Below are positions 1-12,200 of a DNA stretch of 64,000 nucleotides, piece by piece. The DNA lies in contig OZ024765.1 in assembly GCA_964016885.1 (NCBI GenBank), positions 1,054,001-1,118,000 on the forward strand, read 5' to 3'. The translations under genes were made by a program, and so were the position numbers. The notes under the pieces were generated by a model that was given only the letters and a program-made list of their open reading frames with translations, made no database searches and was not told the DNA's origin. The DNA is from Eledone cirrhosa. Its lineage: Eukaryota. Each line of letters starts with the position of its first letter. Position 1 is the first letter of the stretch.

Positions 1-15
1 TACATATATATATAC

Positions 16-127
16 AGGAAAAGAGTCGGGACCCCGATGGCTGAGCTCCTGCCATTTCGACAGCTAGATCCGAACTAAGCCAGCAGTATTCTGGCTGTCG
101 AAACGTCAGGGTCCTGACTCTTTTCCT
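16..127. repeat. Short fold-back element (nested inverted repeats)
   Basis: AGGAAAAGAGTCGGGACCC (16-34) pairs with GGGTCCTGACTCTTTTCCT (109-127) with 1 mismatch; inner TTTCGACAGCTAGA pairs with TCTGGCTGTCGAAA. Confidence 0.75.
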
Positions 128-197
128 ATTACCCACTCTACTACTCTAAGTATAGAATACTCTGGTGCGTTATTGTCCACTTGGTATCTTACCACAC

Positions 198-200
<3 letters not shown>

Positions 201-240
<40 letters not shown>
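201..240. repeat. (TA)n microsatellite
   Basis: Pure TA run. Confidence 0.95.
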
Positions 241-243
<3 letters not shown>

Positions 244-290
244 GGTGTCCCAAAAGAATATATACATACTTCAACAGCATTCTAATGAAA
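241..290 (+). mobile_element. Tc1/mariner-type terminal inverted repeat fragment inserted at a TA run
   Basis: TA|CAGGGTGTCCCAAAA directly after (TA)n resembles common Tc1-family TIR starts; no partner TIR is seen. Confidence 0.45.
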
Positions 291-295
291 GCGTG

Positions 296-425
296 TACAG
301 CGGCTTTACCATTGTTCATTTCCTTAATTGCCTCTTTGACCCTATAGTCGTCAATCTCAATAGCTGGTCCCTCTGTTGGGTCTACTGGGGGGTAGTTTCT
401 CTCTCTCCCCTTCATTCTCAACATT
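296..425 (-). mobile_element. Non-LTR retrotransposon (LINE, probably RTE-like) ORF2 fragment
   Basis: Minus-strand translation PPVDPTEGPAIEIDDYRVKEAIKEMNNGKAA resembles the 'EV..AI..MK.GKA.G' motif just N-terminal of LINE RT domains. Confidence 0.6.
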
Positions 426-457
426 CATCAGTCTCTCATATAAGTGTATATACATAT

Positions 458-616
458 TATCATCATCATCATCATCATTAACATCCATCTTCCACGCTAG
501 CATGGGTTAGACGGGTCCTATTTTGAGGCAAGTTGTGTCGGGTGACCATGTCTCACTCAAATAAGGGTGTTTCTGGCTGGTTTTCTATGGCTGGATGCCC
601 TTCCCAACGCCAACCG
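458..616 (-). mobile_element. Retroposon 3' end (SINE or LINE tail) with (TGA)n tail
   Basis: Reverse complement reads GGTTGGCGTTGGGAAGGGCATCCAGCCATAGAAA...CCCGTCTAACCCATGCTAGCGTGGAAGATGGATGTTAATGATGATGATG; a diverged second copy lies at ~3100-3375. Confidence 0.55.
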
Positions 617-619
617 CAT

Positions 620-726
620 TTATGTATATATATACACACACACATACATATATTGTTACTGTTTAGGGTTACATTCATATATATATATATAAATATAGAC
701 ACACACATACATAAATATATACACAC
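620..726. repeat. Compound TA/CA low-complexity tract
   Basis: Interrupted (TA)n/(CA)n runs. Confidence 0.8.
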
Positions 727-859
727 AGAACAATACTTTAACATCGGTATGAGTGGCCAGTTATGATCGGTTTGAACAGAAAAAGGTGAGAGAAATATGA
801 CCAGTTTAAATACTAGAGGGTTAAACCAGCTTTAAATAAGATGTTTTAAACATCAAATT

Positions 860-932
860 GCTAAGGGGGTCCACCATAGTAAAATAGGAATTAATGGGGT
901 CCATAGTTTTAAAAAAAGATGGAGAACCACTG
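860..932. mobile_element. Degenerate hAT-like MITE end
   Basis: GGGGTCCATAG...AAAAAAAGATGGAGAACCACTG; its reverse complement CAGTGGTTCTCCA resembles the CAGTGGTTCTCAA TIR of hAT/Charlie-type elements. The left end is not clearly seen. Confidence 0.4.
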
Positions 933-990
933 TTTTATATGTTCGATAAATACACTTTAAGCCAGTTTTAAATATACTTATTATCTTATA

Positions 991-1010
991 CTTTTTCTCT
1001 ATTATTTCAG
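991..1010 (+). promoter_or_regulatory. Probable 3' splice acceptor of the ZNF terminal exon (exon starts at 1011)
   Basis: Polypyrimidine tract CTTTTTCTCTATTATTTCAG at the transition from TE-rich intron-like sequence to the ZNF exon. Confidence 0.65.
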
Positions 1011-1234
1011 AATACCAGATGACACCAACATTAAAGTGTGTCTTTTTTTCTACTGTCTGGAATGTGTTGAAGTTGATTTTGTATTCTGACTAAACTTGGA
1101 TAAATTTACAAAGGAGTTTGCAACATCTTCTGACATCAAGATCAAAGTTGATTGAAATAGAGAAGACAGAAGAATTCTTAAGAAGTAACTATCGAAACCA
1201 AACAAAGAAGTTTTTGTACAAAATACTTGAGGAG

Positions 1235-3046
1235 ATGGCAAATGAGCAAGAGAAATCACTATACCACTGTAAAATCTGTAAAAAGTCTTTCTCTGAAAAA
1301 CATAACTTAACTGAACACAAGCGTATCCATACGGGGAAGAAACCATATCACTGTGATGTCTGTGGTAAATCATTCTCTAGAAGTAGTGTCTTAACTGAAC
1401 ACAAGCGTATTCATACAGGAGAGAAACCATATCACTGTGATGTCTGTGGTAAATCATTCTCCCAACATAGTAATTTGACTGTTCACACACGTACACATAC
1501 AGGAGATAAACCATATCCCTGTGATATTTGTGGTAAATCATTTGCTCAAAGGTTTACCTTAACTGAGCACAAACGTATTCATACAGGAGAGAAACCATTT
1601 CACTGTGATATCTGTGGTAAATCATTCTCTGGAAGTGGTAGTTTGATTACTCACAGACGTTTTCATACAGGAGAGAAACCATATCACTGTAATTTCTGTG
1701 GTAAATCATTCTGTCAAGGTTATATCTTAACTAAACACCAACGTACACATACACGGGAGAAACCATATCACTGTGAAATCTGTGGTAAATCATTCTCTCA
1801 AAGAAGTATATTGACTCGTCACACACTTACACATACAGGAGAGAAACCATATCATTGTGATATCTGTGGTAAATCATTCACTGCAAGTAGTCATTTAAAT
1901 ACTCATAAACGCCTTCATACAAATGACAAGCCATATCACTGTGATATCTGTGGTAAATCATTCTGTGAAAATAGTCACTTAACTATACACATGCGTACAC
2001 ACACAGGAGAGAAACCATATCACTGTGATATCTGTGGTAATTCATTCTCTCAAAGAAGTAAATTGACTCGTCACACGCTTACACATACAGGAGAGAAACC
2101 ATATCACTGTAATATCTGTGGTAAATCATTCTTTGAAAATAGTCACTTAACTGCTCACAGACGTATACATACAGGAGAGAAGCCATATCAGTGTGATTTC
2201 TGTAATAAATCATTTCCTAGAAGTAGTGACTTAACAATTCACACACGTACACATACAGGAGAGAAACCATTTCAATGTGTTATCTGTGGTAAATCATTCT
2301 CTCGAAGTAATGACTTGACTATTCATAAACGTATTCATACAGGAGAGAAACCACATCAGTGTGATATCTGTGGTAAATCATTCTCTAGAACTGGACACTT
2401 AACTGTACACAAACGTACACATACAGGAGAGAAACCATTTCACTGTGATATCTGTGGTAGATCATTCTCTGAACGAAGTTCGTTGGCTCATCACACACTT
2501 ACACACACAGAAGAAAAACCGTATCACTGTGATATCTGTGGCAAATCATTCACTATAAGTAATTCCTTAACTTCTCATAAACGTATTCATGCAGGAGAGA
2601 AACCACATCTCTGTGATATCTGTGGTAAATCATTTTCTAGAAGAGATAACTTAAATGTTCACAAACGTACACATACAGGAGAAAAACCATTTCACTGTGA
2701 TATCTGTGGAAGATCATTCTCAGTAAGTAACCAGCTAACTACTCATAAACGTACACATACAGGAGAGAAACCATTTCACTGTGATATCTGTGGTAAATCA
2801 TTCTCTGTAAGTTGTAGCTTGACTGATCATAAACGTATTCATACAGGAGAGAAACCATATCACTGTGATATCTGTGGTAAATTATTCTCTCAAAGTAGTA
2901 AGCTGTCTGTTCACAAACGTATTCATACAGGAGAGAAACCATTTCATTGTGATATCTGCGGTAAATCATTCTCCCGGAGTGGTGAATTGACTGTTCACAA
3001 ATGTATTCATACAGGAGAGAAACCTCCAGTTGTGTCAATGATGTGA
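1235..3046 (+). CDS. Tandem C2H2 (Kruppel-type) zinc-finger protein, 21 fingers, ~603 aa, single coding exon
   Basis: 21 consecutive CxxC-x12-HxxxH units with TGEKP-type linkers at an 84-bp period. The track start at 1118 is TTG; the first in-frame ATG is 1235 (GAGATGG context), with an in-frame TAA upstream at 1091. Confidence 0.93.
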   Translation: MANEQEKSLYHCKICKKSFSEKHNLTEHKRIHTGKKPYHCDVCGKSFSRSSVLTEHKRIHTGEKPYHCDVCGKSFSQHSNLTVHTRTHTGDKPYPCDICGKSFAQRFTLTEHKRIHTGEKPFHCDICGKSFSGSGSLITHRRFHTGEKPYHCNFCGKSFCQGYILTKHQRTHTREKPYHCEICGKSFSQRSILTRHTLTHTGEKPYHCDICGKSFTASSHLNTHKRLHTNDKPYHCDICGKSFCENSHLTIHMRTHTGEKPYHCDICGNSFSQRSKLTRHTLTHTGEKPYHCNICGKSFFENSHLTAHRRIHTGEKPYQCDFCNKSFPRSSDLTIHTRTHTGEKPFQCVICGKSFSRSNDLTIHKRIHTGEKPHQCDICGKSFSRTGHLTVHKRTHTGEKPFHCDICGRSFSERSSLAHHTLTHTEEKPYHCDICGKSFTISNSLTSHKRIHAGEKPHLCDICGKSFSRRDNLNVHKRTHTGEKPFHCDICGRSFSVSNQLTTHKRTHTGEKPFHCDICGKSFSVSCSLTDHKRIHTGEKPYHCDICGKLFSQSSKLSVHKRIHTGEKPFHCDICGKSFSRSGELTVHKCIHTGEKPPVVSMM

Positions 3047-3099
3047 GAACCTTGCTAGTGTTTATCTACAAGAGAAATACAGCCAGTACATGCTGTAAA

Positions 3100-3375
3100 G
3101 TGGTTGTTGATACAAAGGGAATCGAGTTGTAGAAAGCTTGTCAAACAATTAGAACAGTGAGGACCCTTCAGTTTTGTCAAAGACATAGCAACCTATCTAG
3201 GGCTGGTGCCATAAAAATATAAACTCTGTAACACATTGGACCCCATATAATCAAGATTCTGATGCCTAGCCTGTCTGAGAAGTCAGTAGATCCTCTTCAG
3301 TACTGAGTCAGTCTGTGAAAACCCATCCAACCCTTTGCTAGCAGGGCAGACATGAAATGTTGGTGATGAAGATTT
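3100..3375 (+). mobile_element. Old diverged copy of the same retroposon tail, in the ZNF 3' UTR
   Basis: TGGTTGTTGATACAAAGGGAATCGAGTTGTAGAAA and ACCCATCCAACCCTTTGCTAGCAGGG...TGTTGGTGATGAAGAT align by eye to the reverse complement of 458-616. Confidence 0.45.
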
Positions 3376-3532
3376 TGGAGGACTATAACTTGTAGAAGAT
3401 TATCAAACTCCTCCCTCCTTCCTCTTCCTACCACACACCTTCCTTCCCTCTTCTCTTTCTACCCCCTCCCTCTCTTTCTCTCCCTTCAATCAATTTTGCT
3501 GAATGTTATTTTATTAAAATATGTCTGTAAAA

Positions 3533-3538
3533 AATAAA
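3533..3538 (+). terminator. Candidate polyadenylation signal of the ZNF gene
   Basis: AATAAA with nearby ATTAAA hexamers, followed by a T/GT-rich tract ~490 bp after the stop codon. Confidence 0.55.
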
Positions 3539-3734
3539 ACATTAAATTTTTCATAATTTTTTCTTTTGTTTCTTACTCGGAGTGTTGATGGTTATTTCAA
3601 GAGTGAAACCCTACCTAGCACCTTGTGAGGTTTTTGATAATTAAATATTGTTGAAATATAAAAGAATCTGTGTTACACTGTGTTTTTTTTTTTATATATA
3701 ATTGTTGTGTATACTACTATTTGATGCGAATTAG

Positions 3735-6700
3735 AGAGTTTTAGTCCTTTAGAAGCCATTTTAGTCATTTATGATGCCGTTTTAGCCATTTTAGAGTCAT
3801 TTTAGTCATTTATGATGTCGTTTTAGCCGTTTTAGCCATTTTAAAGTCGTTTTAGTCAGTCATGATGCCGTTTTAGCCATTTAAGAGTCATTTTCGTCAT
3901 TTATGATGCCGTTTTAGTCATTTATAATGCCGTTTTTCCCCATTTTAGTCACTTTAGACTCATTCTAGTCATTTATGATGCCGTTTTAGCCATTTTAACC
4001 ATTTATAATGACGTTTTAGCTATTTTAGTCATTTATGATGCCGTTTTAACCATTTTGGAGTCATTTTAGTCAATTATGATGCCGTTTTAGTCATTTTGGA
4101 GTAATTTTAGTCATTATTGATGCCGTTTTAGCCATTTTAGATTCATTTTAGTCATTTATAATGCCGTTTTAGCCATTTTAGAGTCAGTTTAGTCATTTAT
4201 GATGCTGTTTTAGGCATTTGAGAGTCATTTTATTTATTTATTATGTCGTTTTAGCCATTTTAGAGTCGTTTTAGTCATCTATGATGCCATTTTAGTCATT
4301 TAGGATGCCGTTTTAGCCATTTTAGAGTCGTTTTAGTCATCTATGATGCCGTTTTAGCCATTTTAGTCATTTATGGTGCCATTTTGGAGTAATTTTAGTC
4401 ATTTATGATGCCATTTTAGACTCATTTTAGTCATTTATAATGACGCTTTAGTCATTTATGATGTCGTTTTAGCCATTTAATCATTTTGATGCCGTTTTAG
4501 GCATTGATGATGCCGTTTTAGCCATTTAATCATTTATGATGCCATTTTAGAGTCGTTTTAGTCATTTATAATGCCGTTTTACCCTTTTTAGTCATTTATA
4601 ATGACGATTTAGCCATTTTAGAGTTATTTTAGTCATTTATGATGCTGTTTTAGCCATTTTGGAGTCATTCTAGTCATTTATGATGGCGTTTTAGCTATTT
4701 TAGAGTCATTTTAGTCATTTATGATGCCGTTTTAGGCATTGATGATGCTGTTTTAGCCATTTTAGAGTCATTTTAGTCATTTATGATGCCGTTTTAGTCT
4801 TTTATGATGCCATTTTAGTCATTTATAATGCTGTTTTAGCCATTTTGGGGTCATTTTAGTCATTTATGATGTCGTTTTAGCCATTTAATCATTTATGATG
4901 CCGTTTTAGACATTTTAGAGTCGTTTCAGTCATTTATGATGCCGTTTTAGCCATTTTTGTAATGTATCATGCCGTTTTAGCCATTTTAGGCTCATTTTAA
5001 TCATTTATAATGCCGTTTTAGCCATTTTAGACTCATTTTAGTCATTTAAAATGCCGTTTTAGCTATTTTAGAGTCGTTTTAGTCATCCATGATGCTGTTT
5101 TAGCCATTTAAGGGTCATTTTCGTCATTTATGATGCCATTTTAGTCATTTATTGCTGTTTTACCCATTTTAGTCATTTTAGAGTCATTTTAGTCATTTAT
5201 GATGTTGTTTTAGCCATTTTAGATGTCATTTTATTCATTTATGATGTCGTTTTAGCCATTTAATCATTTATGGTGCCGTTTTAGCCATTTTAGAATCGTT
5301 TTAGTCATTTATGATGCCGTTTTAGCCGTTTTAGGCATTGATGATGCTGTTTTAGCCATTTAAGAGTCATTTTAGTCATTTATGATGTGGTTTTAGCTAT
5401 TTAATCATTTATGAGGCCGTTTTAGCCATTTTAGAGTCGTTTTAGTCATCTATGATGCTGTTTTAGCCATTTTAGGTATTGGTGATGCCGTTTTAGACAT
5501 TTAAGAGTCATTTTCGTATTTATGATGCCATTTTAGACTCATTTTAGTCATTTATAATTCCGTTTTACCCATTTTAGTCATTCATAATGATGTTTCAGCC
5601 ATTTTAGACTCATTTTAGTCATTTACTATGTTGTTTTAGCCATTTAATCATTTATGATGACGTTTTAGACATTTTAGAGTCGTTTTAGTCATTTATAATG
5701 CCGTTTTAGCCATTTTAGAGGCGTTTTAGTCAACTATGATGCTGTTTTAGCCATTTTAGGAATTGATGATGCCGTTTATTCCATTTAAGAGTCATTTTCG
5801 TCATTTACGATGCCATTTTATCCATTTTAGACTCATTTTAGTCATTTATAATGCTGTTTTACCCATTTTAGTAATTTATAATGACATTTTAGCCATTTTA
5901 GAATCCTTTTAGTCATTTATGATGCCGTTTTAGCCATTTTAGTCATTTGTGATGCCGTTTCAGCCATTTTAGAGTCATTTTAGTCATTTATAATGCCGTT
6001 TTAGCCATTTTAGTCATTGATGATGCCGTTTTAGCCATTTAAGAGTCATTTTCGTCATTTATGATGCCATTTTAGCCATTTGGCGTGATTTTATCATTTA
6101 TAATGCTGTTTTAGCCATTTTAGTCATGTATCATGCCGTTTTAGCCATTTTAGACTCATTTTAGTCATTTATAATGCCGTTTCAGTCATTTTAGAGGTGT
6201 TTTAGTCAACTATGATGCTGTTTTAGCCATTTTAGGAATTGATGATGCCGTTTGGGCCATTTAAGAGTCATTTTCGTCATTTACGATGCCATTTTATCCA
6301 TTTTAGACTCATTTTCGTCATTTATGATGCCATTTTAGCCATTTCAGAGTCATTTTGTCATTTATAATGCCGTTTTAGACATTTTAAACTCATTTTAGTC
6401 ATGTATAATGCTTTTTAGCCATTTTAGAGTCGTTTTACTCATCTATGATGCTGTTTTAGACAATTTAGGCATTGATGATGCCGTTTTAGTCATTTAAGAG
6501 TCATTTTCGTCATTTATGATGCCATTTTGGAGTCATTTTGTCATTTATAACGCTGTTTTAGCCATTTTAGTCATGTATCATGCCGTTTTAGCCATTTTGG
6601 ACTCATTTTAGTCATTTATAATGCCGTTTTAGCCATTTTAGAGGCGTTTTACTCATCTATGATGCTGTTTTAGCCATTTTAGGCATTGATGATGCCGTTT

Positions 6701-8362
6701 TAGCCATTTAAGAGTCATTTTCGTCATTTTTTATGCCATTTTAGCCATTTTGGAGTTATTTTGTCATTTATAATGCTGTTTTAGCCATTTTAGTCATGTA
6801 TCATGCCATTTTAGACTCATTTTAGTCATTTATAATGCCGTTTTACCCATTTTAGTAATTTATAATGACGTTTTAGTCATTGTAGACTCATTTTAGTCAT
6901 TTATGATGCCATTTTAGTCATTCATGATGCCGTTTTAGCCATTTAAGTGTCATTTTCGTCATTTATGATGCCATTTTAGCTATTTTAGTCATTTATGATG
7001 CCGTTTAGGTCATTGTAGACTCATTTTAGTCATTTATAATGCCGTTTTAGCCATTTTAGAGTCGTTTTAGCCATCTATGATGCTGTTTTAGCCATTTTAG
7101 GCATTGATGATGCCGTTTTAGTCATTTAAGAGTCATTTTCGTCATTTATGATGCCATTTTAGCCATTTTGGAGTCATTTTGTCATTTATAACGCTGCTTT
7201 AGCCATTTTAGTCATGTATCATGCCGTTTTAGCCATTTTAGACTCATTTTAGTCATTTATAATGCCGTTTTAGCCATTTTAGAGGCGTTTTACTCATCTA
7301 TGATGCTGTTTTACCCATTTTAGGCATTGATGATGCCGTTTTAGCAATTTAAGAGTCATTTTCGTCATTTATAATGCCATTTTAGCTATTTTAGACTCAT
7401 TTTAGTCATTTGTAATGCCGTTTTACCCATTTTAGTCATTTATAATGAAGTTTTAGCCATTTTAGAGTCATTTTAGTCATTTATGATGCCGTTTTAGCCA
7501 TTTTAGAGTCGTTTTAGCCATCTATGATGCTGTTTTAGCCATTTTAGGCATTGATGATGCAGTTTTAGTCATTTTAGAGTCATTTTAGTCATTGGTGATG
7601 CCGTTTTAGCCATTTTAGTCATTTGTGATGCCGTTTTAGCCATTTTAGAGTCATTTTAGTCATTTATAATGCTGTTTTAGCTATTTTAGAGTCATTTTTG
7701 TCATTTATGATGTCGTTTTAGCCATTTAATCATTTATGATGTCGTTTTAGACATTTTAGAGACGTTTTAGTCATTTATTAAGCCGTTTTAGCCATTTTAG
7801 GCATTGATGATGCCGTTTTAGAAATTTAAGAGTCATTTTCGTCATTTATGATGCCATTTTAGCCATTTCAGAGTCATTTTCTCATTTATAATGCCGTTTT
7901 AGCCATTTTAGACTCATTTTAGTCATGTATAATGCTTTTTAGCCATTTTAGAGTCGTTTTACTCATCTATGATGCTGTTTTAGACAATTTAGGCATTGAT
8001 GATGCCGTTTTAGTCATTTAAGAGTCATTTTCGTCATTTATGATGCCATTTTGGAGTCATTTTGTCATTTATAATACCGTTTAACCCATTTTAGTCATGT
8101 ATCATGCCGTTTTAGCCATTTTAGAGTCGCTTTAGACATCTATGATGCTGATTTAGCCATTTTAGGCATTGATGATATCGTTTTAGCCATTTAAGTGTCA
8201 TTTTCGTCATTTATGATGCCATTTTAGCTATTTTAGTCATTTATGATGCCGTTTTAGTCATTGTAGACTCATTTTAGTCATTCATAATGCCGTTTTAGCC
8301 ATTTTAGAGTCGTTTTAGCCATCTATGATTCGGTTTTAGCCATTTTAGGCATTGATGATGTC
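3735..8362. repeat. Degenerate satellite A (~41-bp unit built from shuffled 9-12-bp subunits)
   Basis: Consensus-like GCCGTTTTA-GCCATTTTA-GAGTCATTTTA-GTCATTTATGAT recurs with variable subunit order across 4.6 kb. Confidence 0.9.
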
Positions 8363-9216
8363 GAAATAGTAGTGTATATGCAATATTTAATACAGAAATG
8401 GCTTCTACCGCACTAATTTGATGGAAATAGTAGTGTATATGCAATATTTAATGCAGAAATGGCTTCTACCACACTAATTTGATGGAAATAGTAGTGTATA
8501 TGCAATATTTAATACAGAAATGGCTTCTACCGCACTAATTTGATGGAAATAGTAGTGTATATGCAATATTTAATACAGAAATGGCTTCTACCGCACTAAT
8601 TTGATGGAAATAGTAGTGTATATGCAATATTTAATGCAGAAATGGCTTCTACCGCACTAATTTGATGGAAATAGTACTGTATATGCAATATTTAATGCAG
8701 AAATGGCTTCTACCGCACTAATTTGATGGAAATAGTAGTGTATATGCAATATTTAATACAGAAATGGCTTCTACCGCACTAATTTGATGGAAATAGTAGT
8801 GTATATGCAATATTTAATGCAGAAATGGCTTCTACCGCACTAATTTGATGGAAATAGTAGTGTATATGCAATATTTAATGCAGAAATGGCTTCTACCCCA
8901 CTAATTTGATGGAAATAGTAGTGTATATACAATATTTAATACAGAAATGGCTTCTACCGCACTAATTTGATGGAAATAGTAGTGTATGTGCAATATTTAA
9001 TACAGAAATGGCTTCTACCGCACTAATTTGATGGAAATGGTAGTGTATATGCAATATTAAATACAGAAATGGCTTCTACCGTACTAATTTGATGGAAATA
9101 GTAGTGTATATGCAATATTTAATACAGAAATGGCTTCTACCGCACTAATTTGATGGAAATAGTAGTGTATATGCAATATTTAATACAGAAATGGCTTCTA
9201 CCGCACTAATTTGATG
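8363..9216 (+). repeat. Satellite B, 14 x 61 bp
   Basis: GAAATAGTAGTGTATATGCAATATTTAATACAGAAATGGCTTCTACCGCACTAATTTGATG in tandem; 854 bp = 14 x 61. Confidence 0.95.
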
Positions 9217-12200
9217 GAAATAGTAGTGTATATACCATATTTAATACAGAAATGGCTTCTAAATGCAGAAAACTCATTTATTGGATGGGAATTACAGTGT
9301 ATATGCCATATTTAATACAGAAATGGCTTCTAAATGCAGAAAACTCATTTATAGGATGGGAATTACAGTGTATATGCCATATTTAATACAGAAATGGCTT
9401 CTAAATGCAGAAAACTCATTTATTGGAAGGGAATTACAGTGTATATGCCATATTTAATACAGAAATGGCTTCTAAATGCAGAAAACTCATTTATTGGATG
9501 GGAATTATAGTGTATATGCCATATTTAATACAGAAATGGCTTCTAAATGCAGAAAACTCATTTATTGGATGGGAATTACAGTGTATATGCCATATTTAAT
9601 ACAGAAATGGCTTCTAAATGCAGAAAACTCATTTATTGGATGGAAATAGTAGTGTATATGCCATATTTAATACAGAAATGGCTTCTAAATGCAGAAAACT
9701 CATTTATTGGATGGGAATTACAGTGTATATGCCATATTTAATACAGAAATGGCTTCTAAATGCAGAAAACTCATTTATTGGATGGAAATAGTAGTGTATA
9801 TGCCATATTTAATACAGAAATGGCTTCTAAATTCAGAAAACTCATTTATTGGATGGGAATTACAGTGTATATGCCATATTTAATACAGAAATGGCTTCTA
9901 AATGCAGAAAACTCATTTATTGGATGGAAATAGTAGTGTATATGCCATATTTAATACAGAAATGGCTTCTAAATGCAGAAAACTCATTTATTGGATGGGA
10001 ATTACAGTGTATATGCCATATTTAATACAGAAATGGCTTCTAAATGCAGAAAACTCATTTATTGGATGGGAATTACAGTGTATATGCCATATTTAATACA
10101 GAAATGGCTTCTAAATGCAGAAAACTCATTTATTGGATGGGAATTACAGTGTATATGCCATATTTAATACAGAAATGGCTTCTAAATGCAGAAAACTCAT
10201 TTATTGGATGGAAATAGTAGTGTATATGCCATATTTAATACAGAAATGGCTTCTAAATGCAGAAAACTCATTTATTGGAAGGGAATTACAGTGTATATGC
10301 CATATTTAATACAGAAATGGCTTCTAAATGCAGAAAACTCATTTATTGGATGGGAATTATAGTTTATATGCCATATTTAATACAGAAATGGCTTCTAAAT
10401 GCAGAAAACTCATTTATTGGATGGGAATTACAGTGTATATGCCATATTTAATACAGAAATGGCTTCTAAATGCAGAAAACTCATTTATTGGATGGAAATA
10501 GTAGTGTATATGCCATATTTAATACAGAAATGGCTTCTAAATGCAGAAAACTCATTTATTGGATGGGAATTACAGTGTATATGCCATATTTAATACAGAA
10601 CTGGCTTCTAAATGCAGAAAACTCATTTATTGGATGGAAATAGTAGTGTATATGCCATATTTAATACAGAAATGGCTTCTAAATGCAGAAAACTCATTTA
10701 TTGGATGGGAATTACAGTGTATATGCCATATTTAATACAGAAATGGCTTCTAAATGCAGAAAACTCATTTATTGGATGGAAATAGTAGTGTATATGCCAT
10801 ATTTAATACAGAAATGGCTTCTAAATGCAGAAAACTCATTTATTGGATGGGAATTACAGTGTATATGCCATATTTAATACAGAAATGGCTTCTAAATGCA
10901 GAAAACTCATTTATTGGATGGGAATTATAGTTTATATGCCATATTTAATACAGAAATGGCTTCTAAATGCAGAAAACTCATTTATTGGATGGGAATTACA
11001 GTGTATATGCCATATTTAATACAGAAATGGCTTCTAAATGCAGAAAACTCATTTATTGGATGGAAATAGTAGTGTATATGCCATATTTAATACAGAAATG
11101 GCTTCTAAATGCAGAAAACTCATTTATTGGATGGGAATTACAGTGTATATGCCATATTTAATACAGAAATGGCTTCTAAATGCAGAAAACTCATTTATTG
11201 GATGGAAATAGTAGTGTATATGCCATATTTAATACAGAAATGGCTTCTAAATGCAGAAAACTCATTTATTGGATGGGAATTACAGTGTATATGCCATATT
11301 TAATACAGAAATGGCTTCTAAATGCAGAAAACTCATTTATTGGATGGGAATTACAGTGTATATGCCATATTTAATACAGAAATGGCTTCTAAATGCAGAA
11401 AACTCATTTATTGGATGGGAATTACAGTGTATATGCCATATTTAATACAGAAATAGCTTCTAAATGCAGAAAACTCATTTATTGGATGGGAATTACAGTG
11501 TATATGCCATATTTAATACAGAAATGGCTTCTAAATGCAGAAAACTCATTTATTGGATGGAAATAGTAGTGTATATGCCATATTTAATACAGAAATGGCT
11601 TCTAAATGCAGAAAACTCAGTTATTGGATGGGAATTACAGTGTATATGCCATATTTAATACAGAAATGGCTTCTAAATGCAGAAAACTCATTTATTGGAT
11701 GGGAATTACAGTGTATATGCCATATTTAATACAGAAATGGCTTCTAAATGCAGAAAACTCATTTATTGGATGGAAATAGTAGTGTATATGCCATATTTAA
11801 TACAGAAATGGCTTCTAAATGCAGAAAACTCATTTATAGGATGGGAATTACAGTGTATATGCCATATTTAATACAGAAATGGCTTCTAAATGCAGAAAAC
11901 TCATTTATTGGAAGGGAATTACAGTGTATATGCCATATTTAATACAGAAATGGCTTCTAAATGCAGAAAACTCATTTATTGGATGGGAATTATAGTGTAT
12001 ATGCCATATTTAATACAGAAATGGCTTCTAAATGCAGAAAACTCATTTATTGGATGGGAATTACAGTGTATATGCCATATTTAATACAGAAATGGCTTCT
12101 AAATGCAGAAAACTCATTTATTGGATGGAAATAGTAGTGTATATGCCATATTTAATACAGAAATGGCTTCTAAATGCAGAAAACTCATTTATTGGATGGG

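Noticed and set aside
1260-3030. Idea that the 71- or 88-bp satellites derive from the 84-bp finger repeat
   Set aside because: Similar period only; no sequence similarity or Cys/His codon pattern is visible in either monomer.
1050-3038. Antisense ORFs 1050-1373 and 2739-3038
   Set aside because: Shadows of the repetitive ZNF coding strand.
3735-8362. Interstitial telomeric repeat
   Set aside because: TTTTAG words lack the GGG of TTAGGG and the spacing is 9-12 bp rather than 6.
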